From Octopus sinensis (taxonomy: Eukaryota), in NCBI RefSeq assembly GCF_006345805.1, contig NW_021834934.1, positions 1 through 45,825 on the forward strand: 45,825 nt of DNA. Reading direction: 5' to 3'. The translations under genes were made by a program, and so were the position numbers. This document shows, in pieces, positions 34,196 to 45,825 of the stretch (its first letter is position 1; each line of letters starts with the position of its first letter). Below the pieces are notes generated by a model. The model saw only the letters and a program-made list of their open reading frames with translations, was not told the DNA's origin and made no database searches.

Positions 34196-35063
34196 GTACA
34201 TACATATATATATATATAATATATATAATATATATATTATATATATTATTTATATATTTATATATTTATGATGTAGGTTTGTAGGTACACAAAAAATTGC
34301 GGCAAGGCAGAATTGTAGGTAGTGAGAGAGCAGAATTGGCTGTTATACATAAAAGAAAGATTGTTTTGAGTTTGGCGAATACCCACCCATGCCCACCCCA
34401 AACCTAATACACACATACACCCTCAAATCATCATAACCACTGCTTGCAACAGAGCCAGTATCATCATCATCATCATCATCATCACCTTACTAGAATACAC
34501 AAACACAAACATAGCTACCATCACCTCCATCAGAAAAAAAAGTATATATTTCTGTCTGTTTCTTTATTTTGGAAAAATCCATTTTTATTTGATTTTTTGT
34601 TGTTGTTGTTGTTGTTGTTTCTGTTAAATTTTTTTTATTTTTTTGCTTTTTTGTTGTAATTTATTTTCCACCCCACAGACTATAAACACAACACTGAGTA
34701 TCTTTTCCATCTGACCTCCTTTGCCACACCTCCTCCCCACTCACCCACCTCCACCCGGATTTGTCCTTGACAAGAGAGAGACAGGGTAGAGTCAACACCA
34801 TCTGGGGATTTATTGTTTACACTTGAGATTTGTGGGGGGGGGCACTTTTTTTTTATCAAGAGGGATAATGAAGACCTGGCAGCACCTCCACCCCACCCGT
34901 TCCTCCACCCCTGCTACCACCACTAAAGCATGATCACCACCATCAGCATCATCATCATCATCTTTCTCTTCAACTGCTACTACTACTACTACTACTACAC
35001 CACTATCACCCAAACCATTAATAACCACCCCCCATTGACACCACAACGGTATCAAGAGCCAAT

Positions 35064-35301
35064 AAGGCGGTGAGCTGGCAGAAGCGTTAGCACGCGGGGC
35101 GAAATGCTTCGCGGTATTTCGTCTGTCGCAACGTTCTGGGTTCAAATTCCGCCGAGGTCCACTTTGCCTTTCATCCTTTCGGGGTTGATAAATTAAGTAC
35201 CAGTTACGCACTGGGGTCGATGTAATCGACTTAATCCGTTTGTCTGTCCTTGTTTGTCCCCTCTATGTTTAGCCCCTTGTGGGTAATAAAGAAATAGGTA
35301 T
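35064..35301 (+). mobile_element. SINE-B monomer, young
   Basis: CpG-rich; 16-bp TSD GGTATCAAGAGCCAAT at 35048-35063 and 35297-35312. Confidence 0.92.
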
Positions 35302-35657
35302 CAAGAGCCAATGAGAAAGCCTCTATGTGATCATACATTCTGTTAGAAATAGCAGCCAAATTTCACTCAAAGTAAAACTAATAGGCACAGGGGTGGATGA
35401 GTGGTAAATAGCTTGCTTCCCAACTACATGGTTCCAGGTTCAGTCTCACTGCATCGCACCTTGGAAAAGTGTCTCTTCTACTTATAGCTAACGAAAGCCT
35501 TGTGAGTGGATTTGGTGGGCAGAAATTGAAAGAACCCCCCCCCCATTGTGTGTGTGTGTGTATACTGGGTGGTGCAAGAGTAGGTATACAATCATGGAAA
35601 AAAAAAAAGAAAACAAGTACAAAACTCATTTATTTTTATCAAAAAAAAAATCAAAAA

Positions 35658-35799
35658 GGAGTGGCTGTGTGGTAAGTAGCTTGCTAACCAACCACTGAGT
35701 GGCATCTTGGGCAAGTGTCTTCTGCTATAGCCCTGGGCCGACCAATGCCTTGTGAGTGGATTTGGTAAACGGAAACTGAAAGAAGCCTGTCGTATATAT

Positions 35800-35835
<36 letters not shown>

Positions 35836-36040
35836 TTGTGTGTTTGTCCCCCTAGCATTGCTTGACAACCGATGCTGGTGTGTTTACGTCCCCGTCACTT
35901 AGCGGTTCGGCAAAAGAGACCGATAGAATAAGTACTAGGCTTACAAAGAATAAGTCCCGGGGTCGATTTGCTCGACTAAAGGCGGTGCTCCAGCATGGCC
36001 GCAGTCAAATGACTGAAACAAGTAAAAGAGTAAAAGAGTA
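35658..36040 (+). mobile_element. SINE-A with a deletion in the head
   Basis: Family match. A further head at about 35373-35530 and tail halves at about 33130-33330 and 36175-36345. Confidence 0.85.
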
Positions 36041-36629
36041 TAAATGTATTATTATGATTAATGACACTGAAAATATCAAAAACGAGGCTAATTAATTTAT
36101 GAATTGATGTGATAATTACTGTACCTACTTTTGCACCCCACCCTGTATATGTGTGAGTGTGTGTATGTGAGTGTGTGTGTGTATGTGTGTGCTTGTCCCC
36201 CCCCACTTGACAACCGATGCTGGTGTGTTTATGTCCCCATAACTTAGTGGTTTGGCAAAAGAAATCGATAGACTAAGTATTCAAGGTGAAGGTGATGCCC
36301 CAGCATGGCCGCGGTCTAATGACTAAAAGATAAACGATAAATGAAGTAATAATCACTAACATAAAGTGTTGATCATAATTAAGTCAATTGATCAAGTCTC
36401 AATTAATTTGAGACATTATGGTTAAGAAGATTGCTTTAAAGTCATGAAATTTTATGTTTGACCCCCACTCCATGGCATCTTGGTCCAATGCCATTTTCTG
36501 CAATTTTGGGTCAATCCATGGAATGGGGAGCTGGAGGCTGTACTGAAGCCTAGCAGGTGAATTGTTCCTATTAATCAAAAGGTACAGCCTTGGTACTTAT
36601 TTTAGATTCATCTCAAATCTTTCACTCTA

Positions 36630-36860
36630 CTCCTAACGTCTGATGAGATAGGCATGTCCTATGTGCCCACAAAATTTTAAGTTGTGGAGCTGCTGCATTC
36701 CTCTTCCTCCCCTTTGCACTCTTGTGAACTCTGAACTCATTTACCTTCTTCAATCCACTGTACCAGTGTACCAATCCTTGTATCTTAAGGGTAGATGCCC
36801 ACCATTTTCTCTTTCTTCTTTTCCAGCTGACATATCTATGTACCTTCTCTGCTGCAAGAC
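36630..36860 (-). pseudogene. Possible decayed LTR-retrotransposon (Gypsy-like) pol fragment
   Basis: Broken frames give IGTLVQWIEEGK and LKILWAH, weakly recalling the RNase H-integrase linker. Weak evidence. Confidence 0.2.
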
Positions 36861-36939
36861 TCATGTTTTCATCCCTGATTCATAATCTAAACTCTCATCC
36901 CCTGGCACAAAGCCACTTCTTTCAGTACTCCTTCTTTCT

Positions 36940-37322
36940 CAGTTGAAGGATTTTTGTCTTGCAAGTTACTTGGCAACCTCACTGGTGCTGGTGCCACATA
37001 AAAAGCACCCATTACACTCTGTAAAGTGGTTGGCATTAGGAAGGCATCCAGCTGTAGAAACCATGCCAAAAACAGACTACAGAACCTGTTGTAGCTCTTT
37101 GCCTTGCCAGGGGGCCATGTAAAAAGCACTGGGGATGGTTTCACATAAAAAACATCCAGTACACTCTGTAAAGTGGTGGGCATTAGGAAGGGCATCCATG
37201 CTATAGAATCCATGACAAAATAAACTATGGAACCTGGTGCAATTCTTGGCCTTGCCAGCTCTTGTCATACCATCCAACCCATGCCAGCATGGAAAGCAGA
37301 CATTAAATGATGACGATGATGA
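36940..37322 (+). mobile_element. SINE-C, older subfamily with an internal duplication
   Basis: ACACTCTGTAAAGTGG..GGCATTAGGAAGG twice; tail CCATCCAACCCATGCCAGCATGGAAAGCAGACATTAAATGATGACGATG. Confidence 0.75.
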
Positions 37323-38003
37323 TAATAATAATAATCATTTCTATTGAAGGCACAAGGCCTGAAATTTGTAGGGAGGGGTCGAGTTGATTACATCGACCCC
37401 AGTGTTTCACTGGTACTTAGTTTATCAACCCCAAAAGGATGAAAGGCTAAGTTGACCTTGACAGAATTTGAACTCAGAATGTGATACCAGACGAAATGCC
37501 GCTAAGCATTTTGCCCAGTGTGCTAATGTTTCTGCCAGCTCACCGCCCTAAAATGATAATGGTTTCAAAGTTTGCCACAAGGGCAGCAATTTGGAGGGAG
37601 GGGAAGAATCAATTACATCGACTCCAGTGTTCAACTGGTACTTAATTTATCAACCCCTGAAAGGATGAAAGGTAAAGTCAACCTCAGCAGAATTTGAACT
37701 CAGAACGTAAAGACAAATGAAATGCCATCAAGCATTTTGCCCAAAGTGCTACTGATTCTGCCAGCTCGCCGTCTAATAATAATAATAACCCTTTCTACTG
37801 GAGGCACAAGGCCTCAAATTTGGGGGGAGGGAGAGTAGTTGATTACATCGACCCCAGTGTTTCACTAGTGCTTAATTCATTGACCCTGAAAGGATGAAAG
37901 GCAAAGTCAGCCTCAGTGGAATTTGAACTCAGAACGTAGAGCAAACAAAATACCACTAAGTATTTTGCTTGGCATGCTAACGATTCTGCCAGCTCACCAC
38001 CTA
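37323..38003 (-). mobile_element. Three complete SINE-B' copies head-to-tail
   Basis: About 225-bp periodicity; each copy has its own head and tail and is individually diverged. Confidence 0.85.
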
Positions 38004-38005
38004 AT

Positions 38006-38050
<45 letters not shown>

Positions 38051-38056
38051 TAATAC

Positions 38057-38088
<32 letters not shown>

Positions 38089-38427
38089 CTGCAAGTATGT
38101 ACCAGTCTTGAATATGAAGAATTGTTACAAAACAAGGAAACTGGAACTAAAATATCAAATGTCCCAAAAGATAGTGAAGCAGATTTATAAATAGTGCCAA
38201 GGTGAAATCTGTGTCAAAAACTGAAGCTGGAAGGATATTGAAGAAGAGGAACACGATTTCAGTGTATCTCACCATTTACATACAGTCACAGACACACACC
38301 AACACATACACGATCCAAAGTTACACATATACACACACACATATATTAAAACAGGAACACAATATATTAATATATTAAAATAGGAATATACCTCACCATT
38401 TACATATACAGCTACAAGCAAATCCAG

Positions 38428-38461
<34 letters not shown>

Positions 38462-39625
38462 TAGGGTGAGAATATAAGTTAAATATACCTTGTTATTTAC
38501 ATACATACCCAAGAATACACACATTCACAGGATTGCTTGCAAACACACACACACTGTCATAAATACACACACACACACACACAGTCATAAATACACACAT
38601 ATACACACACATAGTCATAAATACGTACACACAGCCAAATACATACACACACATGTACTCAAATACATAATCACAGTCATACACACCCACATATAGTCAT
38701 AAATACATACACACACAGTGAAAATACACACACACACACGGACAGACATACGTACATATACAAGCATGCATAGCCAGGAGACATGATAAATATATCCGAT
38801 ATGGTGGCAGCAGGGGGGTGGGTGGAGGAGGAGGGGATTGTGGTAGAAGGGATGGTGAAGAGGAGGAGGCGGAAGAGGAAGAGCTACAGGGGTCTTTACA
38901 AAACCATGCTCCCATGGTTGGCTCATTCAGTAGCAGCAGCACTGACCGGCAGGGATCAGAGATAACAATGGTCCCCAGGAGGGGGCAGTGTGCCTGTGTG
39001 TAATATCTCTCTCTTACCTTTATCACTTACCACAGCCCGCCTGCCCGCCCCCACCACGCAATCACCTGGATAAAACGAACTGAAACACACACACAAGTGT
39101 CTTACCTGGAGCGCATATTACTTAACAACCTATAAAAGCCAATGATGATGGACCGCTTATCTACTTTCTCTCTCTCTCTCTCTCTCTCTGCCTGTGTCTT
39201 ACTCTTTCCTTCTCTCCTGCTGTACTCAATGGAGTCAGTTTATCGCATTAAGTCTCTTTCTCACTCTCTGTTTGCCTCTCTCTCTCTCTCTTTTGCTGTA
39301 CTGGATGGAGTTATCCCATCCTAATCTTGTCCCCTTTATTTCTCACCCTCTCCCTCTCGCTTTCTCTCTCATGCCTCTTCTGGATAGAGAGTCAGTCTAT
39401 CTGATAAATATCTCTTTTCTTTCTCTGACATGCTTTTACTTGGATGAGGCCAACCTATTTAATTATGCCTTTCTATCTCTCTCTCTCTCTATCTATTTAT
39501 CTCACTCACGTGCTATACACTATATCTGCTGGTAATTAACTGCCACCACCACTTACTCTCATGTGGGTAGTCTTCTTCCACTGTTAAAAACAATTACACA
39601 CACAAGCATTCACATACGTATATAC

Positions 39626-40005
39626 ATCATCATCGTTTAACGTCCGCTTTCCATGCTAGCATGGGTTGGATGGTTCAACTGGGGTCTGGGAAGCCAGAAG
39701 GCTGCACCAGGCCCAGTCAGATCTGGTAATGTTTCTACAGCTGGATGCCCTTCCTAACGCCAACCGCTCCGTGAGTGTAGTGAGTGCTTCTTACGTGCCA
39801 CCGACACAGGTGCCAGACAAGGCTGGCGAACAACCATGATCGGATGGTGCTTTTTACGTGCCACTGGCACGGAGGCCAGGCGAGGCTGGCAACGGCCACG
39901 ATCGGATGGTGTTTGTTACGTGCCACCGGCACAGAGGCCAGTCGAAGCGGCGCTGGCTACGGCCACGTTTGGATAGTTCTCTTATGTGTCACTGGCACTG
40001 GTATC
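39626..40005 (-). mobile_element. SINE-C with about 4 upstream units
   Basis: Family match. Confidence 0.85.
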
Positions 40006-40064
40006 ACAATTACAAAATCCATTGATGTTTTTTTTATATTACACATATATATATATATTCTTTT

Positions 40065-40610
40065 GTTTCAGTCATTTGACTGTGGCCATGCTGGAGCATC
40101 GCCTTTAGTCGAACAAATCGACTCCAGGACTTATTCTTTGTAAGCCTAGTACTTATTCTATCGGTTTCTTTTGTCGAACCACTAAGTTATAGGGATGTAA
40201 ATACACCAACATCGATTGCCAAGCAATGGTGGGAATACACAAATACAGAAATATATAACGGGAAAGTATACGAAAATAAACAAAAGACGAAGGCAGGTGG
40301 AGTACAAAACAAACAGATGTATTAGTATGGCGCTCAGGAATAGAAATAGACAAAGTCTTTTACATTTCGAGCCTACGCTCTTTGACAGAAAGATACACAA
40401 AAAAACAAGGAGAGAAAAAAATGCATGTAGGAGCTAACAATCTCTATATATATATATATATATACGACAGGCTTCTTTCAGTTTCCATCTACTAAATCCA
40501 CTCAAAAGGCTTTGGTTGGCCCTTGGTTATAGTTGAAGGTGCATGCATGTGGGACTGAACCCAGAACCATATGCTTGGGAAGCAGCTTCTTACCACATAT
40601 CCATGCCTGT
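40065..40610 (-). mobile_element. SINE-A whose centre contains a Penelope-like fragment
   Basis: Tail half 40065-40245, head half 40463-40610. Confidence 0.75.
40250..40442 (-). mobile_element. Penelope-like fragment (copy 2) with a decayed hammerhead-like motif at 40356-40393
   Basis: Matches 13648-13835; core reads CTGTCAA. Confidence 0.55.
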
Positions 40611-40654
40611 TTATATATATATATATATATCTTATATATATATATATATATATA

Positions 40655-40910
40655 TGGAGAAGGCATGTGGCCTAGAGGTTAGGTGTTGCACTCATGAACG
40701 CTAGTTTGTGGGTTTGATTCCCAGGCTAGGCAGTGTATTGTGTTCTTGAGCAAAACCCTTCATTTCATGTCACTCCAGTCCCACTTTCGATCAAGGGGGA
40801 GCGTTGACCAGCTCGCCTAGCCAGCAGGGGGAGTGTCATTCTAAAACTAAAACAATGCAAAGCGCATTGTAACCAGTGATGTGTAACAACATCCGATAGT
40901 CTGCTCATTC
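40655..40910 (+). mobile_element. SINE-D1
   Basis: Head GGAGAAGGCATGTGGCCTAGAGGTTAGG...GGTTTGATTCCC, then GTGTTCTTGAGCAA. Confidence 0.65.
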
Positions 40911-40914
40911 ACAT

Positions 40915-41278
40915 TATGTGGAAGCACTCCGTCGGTTACGACGACGAGGGTTCCGGTTGATCCGATCAATGGAACAGCGTGTAAGTGGCTGAGCACTCCA
41001 CAGACACGTGCACCCTTAACGTAGTTCTCGGGGATATTCAGCGTGAACACAGAGAGTGACAAGGCTGGCCCTTTGAAATACATTATAACAGAAAACAGGA
41101 AGTAAGAGCGAGAGAAAGTTGTGGTGAAAGAGTACAGCGGGATCACCACCATCCCTGCCGGAACTTGTGGAGCTTTAGTGTTTTCGCTCAATAAACACTC
41201 ACAACGCTCGGTCTGGAATCGAAACCGCGATCCTACGACGCGAGTCCACGCCCTAACACTGGGCCATTGCGCCTCCAC
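40915..41278 (-). mobile_element. SINE-D2
   Basis: Matches 2460-2851. Confidence 0.85.
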
Positions 41279-41317
41279 TATTCACATTATATATATATAT
41301 ACACACACACACATATC

Positions 41318-41495
41318 ATCATCATCATCATCGTCGTTTAACGTCCGTTCCTGCTAGCATGGGTGGACGGTTCGACGGGGTTCTGGGAAGCCAGAAGGCT
41401 GCACCAGGCTCCAGTCTAATTTGGCATGTTTCTACAGCTGGATGCCCTCCTAACGCCAACCACTCCGTGGTGAGTGGGTGCTTTTTACGTGCCAC
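41318..41495 (-). mobile_element. SINE-C with a single unit
   Basis: Family match; a 3' fragment also at about 26107-26200 and a plus-strand one at about 44330-44430. Confidence 0.8.
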
Positions 41496-41524
41496 CTTGG
41501 ATAATAAAAGAAAACAATTATATT

Positions 41525-41870
41525 TTGGCTGTGAGGTAAAAAATTTGCTTCCCAACTACATGGTGCCAGGTTCAGTCTTACAGCGTGGCACCTTGGGCAA
41601 GAGTTTTCTACTATAGCCTCAAGCTAACCAAAGCCTTGTTAGTGAATTTGGTAGGTAGAAACTGAAGGAAACGTGTGTGTGTGTCACCCACCACACCTTG
41701 ACAACCAGTGTTGGTGTGTTTATGTTCCTGTAACTTAGCAGTTTGGCAAAAGAATCTGATAGAATAAGTATCAGACTTTACCAAAATATAAGTACTGGGG
41801 TAAATTTGTCTGACTAACATTCTTCGAGGCTCCAGCATGGCAACAGTCTAATGACTATAAAAAGTAAAAT
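41525..41870 (+). mobile_element. SINE-A, old diverged copy
   Basis: Degenerate family match. Confidence 0.7.
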
Positions 41871-42310
41871 ATAAAAGGACACGCACACACACACACACAC
41901 ATATACATACACACACAGTGGATGTGTAGTCTGATGGTAATTTATGTTCCAAAATACATTAATTTTCTGCCCCAACTCATATTAATGTACATCTAATTAC
42001 TAATTAAAAGTACATTAATGTACATTTAATTAACATTTAATGTACATTTAATGAATATTTAATGAATAAAGTGGTGCCCCAGCATGGGGAGCCTAGTGGA
42101 AAGGTAAAAAGATACAGTGCATCTAATTCCGAATTCTCTCCTCACTATTTCAAGAACAGTGAGGTTTAGGCATTGCTGTAGAGGTTTAATAAGACTGAAA
42201 CATTTCAGAGTTATCACCCATAACACACTATCAGGTTTGAAAGAACAGTCATTAATTAATATTCCTTTTTACTGACCACATTAATTATTTCTCATTACAT
42301 TTCCACTATA

Positions 42311-42700
42311 CTCTTTTACTTGTTTCAGTCATGTGACTGCGGCCATGCTGGAGCACCGCCTTTAGTCGAGCAAATCGACCCCGGGACTTATTCTTTGTAA
42401 GCCCAGTACTTATTCTATCGGTCTTTTTGCCAAACCGCTAAGTAACGGGGACGTAAATACACCAGCATCGGTTGTCAAGCAATGCTAGGGGGACAAACAC
42501 ACAAACACACACATACATATATATACATATATACGACAGGCTTCTTTCAGTTTCCGTCTTCCAAATCCATTCACAAGGCTTTGGTCGGCCCGGGGCTATA
42601 GTAGAAGACACTTGCTCAAGGTGCCACGCAGTGGGACTGAACCCGGAACCATGTGATTGGTAAACAAATTACTTACCACACAGCCACTCCTGCGCCTATA
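42311..42700 (-). mobile_element. SINE-A, full length
   Basis: Family match. Confidence 0.9.
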
Positions 42701-42906
42701 TTAATTAAATAATGTTAACACTAACCTGATTATTGTTTTTCACGTGGATGGTGTTTGTGTCTGAGTAATTAATCCCAAAAATTTGTTTACATTAGAATAC
42801 TTAATTAGAGTTGGCCTTAATTTCACAGAGAAATGAAATATAGAGATATGATGTGATATGTTCATTTTCTTCATAACACATTCCATATTGATAGCACTGT
42901 AGTATA

Positions 42907-43320
42907 TATTTCTTTACTACCCACAAGGGGCTAAACATTGAGGGGACAAACAAGGACAGACAAAGGGATTAAGTCGATTACATCGACCCCAGTGTGAAAC
43001 TGGTACTTATTTAATCGACCCCGAAAGAATGAAAGGCAAAGTCAACCTCGGTGGAATTTGAACTCAGAACGTAACCACAGATGAAATACCTATTTCTTTA
43101 TTACCCACAAGCGGCTAAACACAGAGAGGACAAATAAGGACAGACAAAGGGAATAAGTCGATTACATCGACCCCAGTGTGAAACTGGTACTTATTTAATC
43201 GACCCCGAAAGAATGAAAGGCAAAGTCAACCTCGGTGGAATTTGAACTCAGAACGTAACCACAGATGAAATACCGCTAAGCATTTCGCCTGGCACGCTAA
43301 CGTTTCTGCCAGCTCGCTGT
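42907..43320 (-). mobile_element. SINE-B dimer (head plus 2 units)
   Basis: Junction AAAGAAATAGGTATTTCATC on the minus strand; TSD TAG(C/T)ACTGTAGTATA at 42892-42906 and 43325-43339. Confidence 0.9.
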
Positions 43321-43488
43321 CATCTAGTACTGTAGTATAGACACATATCTATTTATCTGTCTATCTATCTGTCTATCTATCTGTCTATCTATCTATCTCT
43401 CCATCTTTCTGCAGACACAGCCATTTCAGTGTATATGAGGGCACATAAATACATTCTCTGTAAAGAAATACTTCTCATGTGATTTGAG

Positions 43489-43534
<46 letters not shown>

Positions 43535-43875
43535 GTTTGTGTGTGCGCGCATGTGTTTGTGTGTGTGGGGGGAGTACATGCACACATATAATTGTGTGTG
43601 TATGTGCATGTATGCAAGTGTGTATCAGTTACCAATTAGCTAAGAGAGTTCATCCACCACCCCCTCACATTCTCTCACTGTCCATATTTCTACCATAAAG
43701 AGGAATAACAACAGTTAAAGATATCTTAGAAGTTGATGGTGTCGTTGGTAGTGGTGGAGGAGGAAGGAGTGAGAATCACCAGGGACCCTTGACAAGAATA
43801 TGGCACAAATTCAAAGAACTGGCTTTCTGCAAAGTCACATTGCTAATGCAAATGCAGGAACGTGCAAGAGACTCT

Positions 43876-44263
43876 TTACTCTTTTACTTGTTTCAGTCAT
43901 TTGACTGCGGCCATGCTGGAGCACCGCCTTTAGTCAAGCAAATCGAACCTGCGACTTATTCTTTGTAAGCCCAGTACTTATTCTATCGGTCTCTTTTGCC
44001 GAACTGCTAAGTGACGGGGACGTAAACACACCAGCATCGGTTGTCAAGCAATGCTAGGGGGACAAACACAGACACACAAACATATATATACATATATACG
44101 ACAGGCTTCTTTCAGTTTCCGTCTACCAAATTCACTCACAAGGCTTTGGTTGGCCCGGGGCTATAGCAGAAGACACTTGCCCAAGATGCCACGCTGTGGG
44201 ACTGAACCCGGAACCATGTGGTTGGTTAGCAAGCTACTTACCACACAGCCACTCCTGCGCCTA
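43876..44263 (-). mobile_element. SINE-A, full length
   Basis: Family match. Confidence 0.9.
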
Positions 44264-44504
44264 TATATATACACTACACACACACACACACACACACACT
44301 GTATATAGGGCGTCCATCTGAAGAAACCTTGCCAAATCAGAATGGGACCTGGTGCGTCTCCCTGGCTTACCAGCTTTCAGTCAAACTGTCCAACCCATGC
44401 CAGCATGGAACACAGGACCCAAATGATGATACATACATACCTTCTTCCTCTGGCACTTTGTCAGAACGTGTTCTGTTGATCGGATCAACTGGAACACACA
44501 TTGT

Positions 44505-44765
44505 CATAACTGAGTTCAAATGCCACAGGGGTCAACTTTGCCTGTCATCCTTTTGGAGTCAATAAATTAAGTACCAGTGAAATACTGAGGGTCAATGTAA
44601 TTGATTTAACCCCTCCCTGAAAGTTTCAGGCCTTTTGCCTTTAGTAGAAAGGATTTATTATTATTGTTGTTGTTATTTTCATTAAGGCAGTCAATTGGCA
44701 GAATCGTTCTTGCAACTCTTTATGTTCTGAGTTCAAATCCCGCCAAGGCTGGCTTTACCTTTCAT
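44505..44765 (+). mobile_element. SINE-B' 3' part followed directly by a SINE-B-type head
   Basis: (TTA/TTG)n tail abuts TTAAGGCAG...GGCAGAATCGTT. Confidence 0.65.
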
Positions 44766-44839
44766 CATCATCATCATCTAGTGTTTTAAATCTGGGTTTT
44801 GTCCCTTGATTTTTGTTAGCCCTTGTGGCCAAAAAACGA

Positions 44840-45075
44840 ATTAATTATTATTATCATTATTATTATTATTATCATTATTCATTATAATCATTATTATTAT
44901 TCATTATTATTCATTATTATTATTATTATTATTATTCATTATTATTATTATTATTATTCCTATTATTATTATTATTATTATTATTATCATTATTATTATT
45001 ATTATCATTATTATTATTATTTTTATTATTATTATTCATTATTATTATTATTATCATTCATTATTATTCATTATT
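44840..45075. repeat. (ATT)n microsatellite
   Basis: Direct reading. Confidence 0.95.
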
Positions 45076-45076
45076 A

Positions 45077-45490
45077 CTACAAGAGCAGGTTGTGTGGTAT
45101 CTCTGTAGAGGTGTGATGTTACATTGCAACAAAACTTGACATCAAATGTGAAGATTGAGTGAAGCCTCGAACGAGAGGAGGTGAACACGGTTGACTGGAC
45201 GTGTAAAGGTTGGTGCGCTTGACCGATAAAATGTGAATGATTGGAGAGAAACACTACACACAAAAGAAAAAAAGTCAGACGCAGTATGCACGAGGAAAAA
45301 AAGAAAACAAGGAGTTTTGGTGCAAACGGACGAAGAGAAGTACAGAAATGGCAAGCTACCGAAGAGGAAGGAACCCGAGGAAGAGGAAGATCAAGAAAGA
45401 TAAGGGGCAAAAGTGTTGAAAAGTGCCTAGAGATGATTTCTAAAAAAGAACAGTCAAGAGTAACCTGCAATAGATAACCATACACACCAA
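45077..45490 (+). pseudogene. Decayed RTE-type LINE 3' fragment
   Basis: EEEGTRGRGRSRKIRGKSVEKCL resembles the RTE 'EG.R.RGRP.K.W' C-terminal motif; frameshifted. Confidence 0.5.
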
Positions 45491-45770
45491 TCTATCTATC
45501 TATCTATATATATAACAAAGGGTAAAATTAATTAAGAAGTAATTAGTAATTTCAAAAAGGCCATTTCATGGTAAGTTTAAGTAATACTTTATAATTGGGG
45601 TTCAGCAAAGATTTGCTTCATCACATACCAAAGTCTAGAAATAGCAGTCAAAAAACCTTAGCTATTTCTTCACTTTAACGGGACTCCCAGAAAACCAAGT
45701 ACTTGAAAAGTACTTTTAAGTAGAAGAATAATAGCTAAGATTATAAAGTATTACTATATATATATATAGA

Positions 45771-45825
<55 letters not shown>

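Noticed and set aside
36638-36675. CTGATGA followed by a hairpin (hammerhead candidate)
   Set aside because: No GAAA after stem II and no stems I or III.
43695-43870. Open frame RGITTVKDILEVDG...FCKV
   Set aside because: No convincing donor, it runs into a SINE-A, and there is no recognisable homology.

Overview
This is eukaryotic, AT-rich, repeat-dominated DNA. The tRNA-derived SINE families and microsatellite load resemble an Octopus (coleoid cephalopod) intron or intergenic region; this is inference from recalled repeat style, with no database search. No complete protein-coding gene is supportable, and nearly all long ORFs in the supplied track are microsatellite or SINE translations. Supported content: over 20 copies of a bipartite tRNA-SINE (here SINE-A); a second tRNA-SINE group (SINE-B/B') found as monomers, dimers and two long tandem arrays; a headless repeat with a (GAT)n tail and variable 5' units (SINE-C); tRNA-SINE-D copies; one full-length dead mariner with perfect 24-bp TIRs; three RTE-type and one CR1-type LINE 3' fragments; three non-autonomous Helitron/Helentron-type elements; TTAA-bounded piggyBac-like MITEs; and two Penelope-like fragments with a minimal hammerhead-ribozyme-like fold. 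The most interesting signals are (1) SINE-B monomer, dimer and 9-mer sharing one GGTAT junction, each under a single TSD, suggesting a tandem-array source locus and microhomology priming; (2) the hammerhead-like motif; (3) a covarying two-hairpin module shared by SINE-A and SINE-B that also attracts nested insertions. Family labels A-D are mine. Coordinates were counted by hand, so boundaries of decayed copies are approximate.
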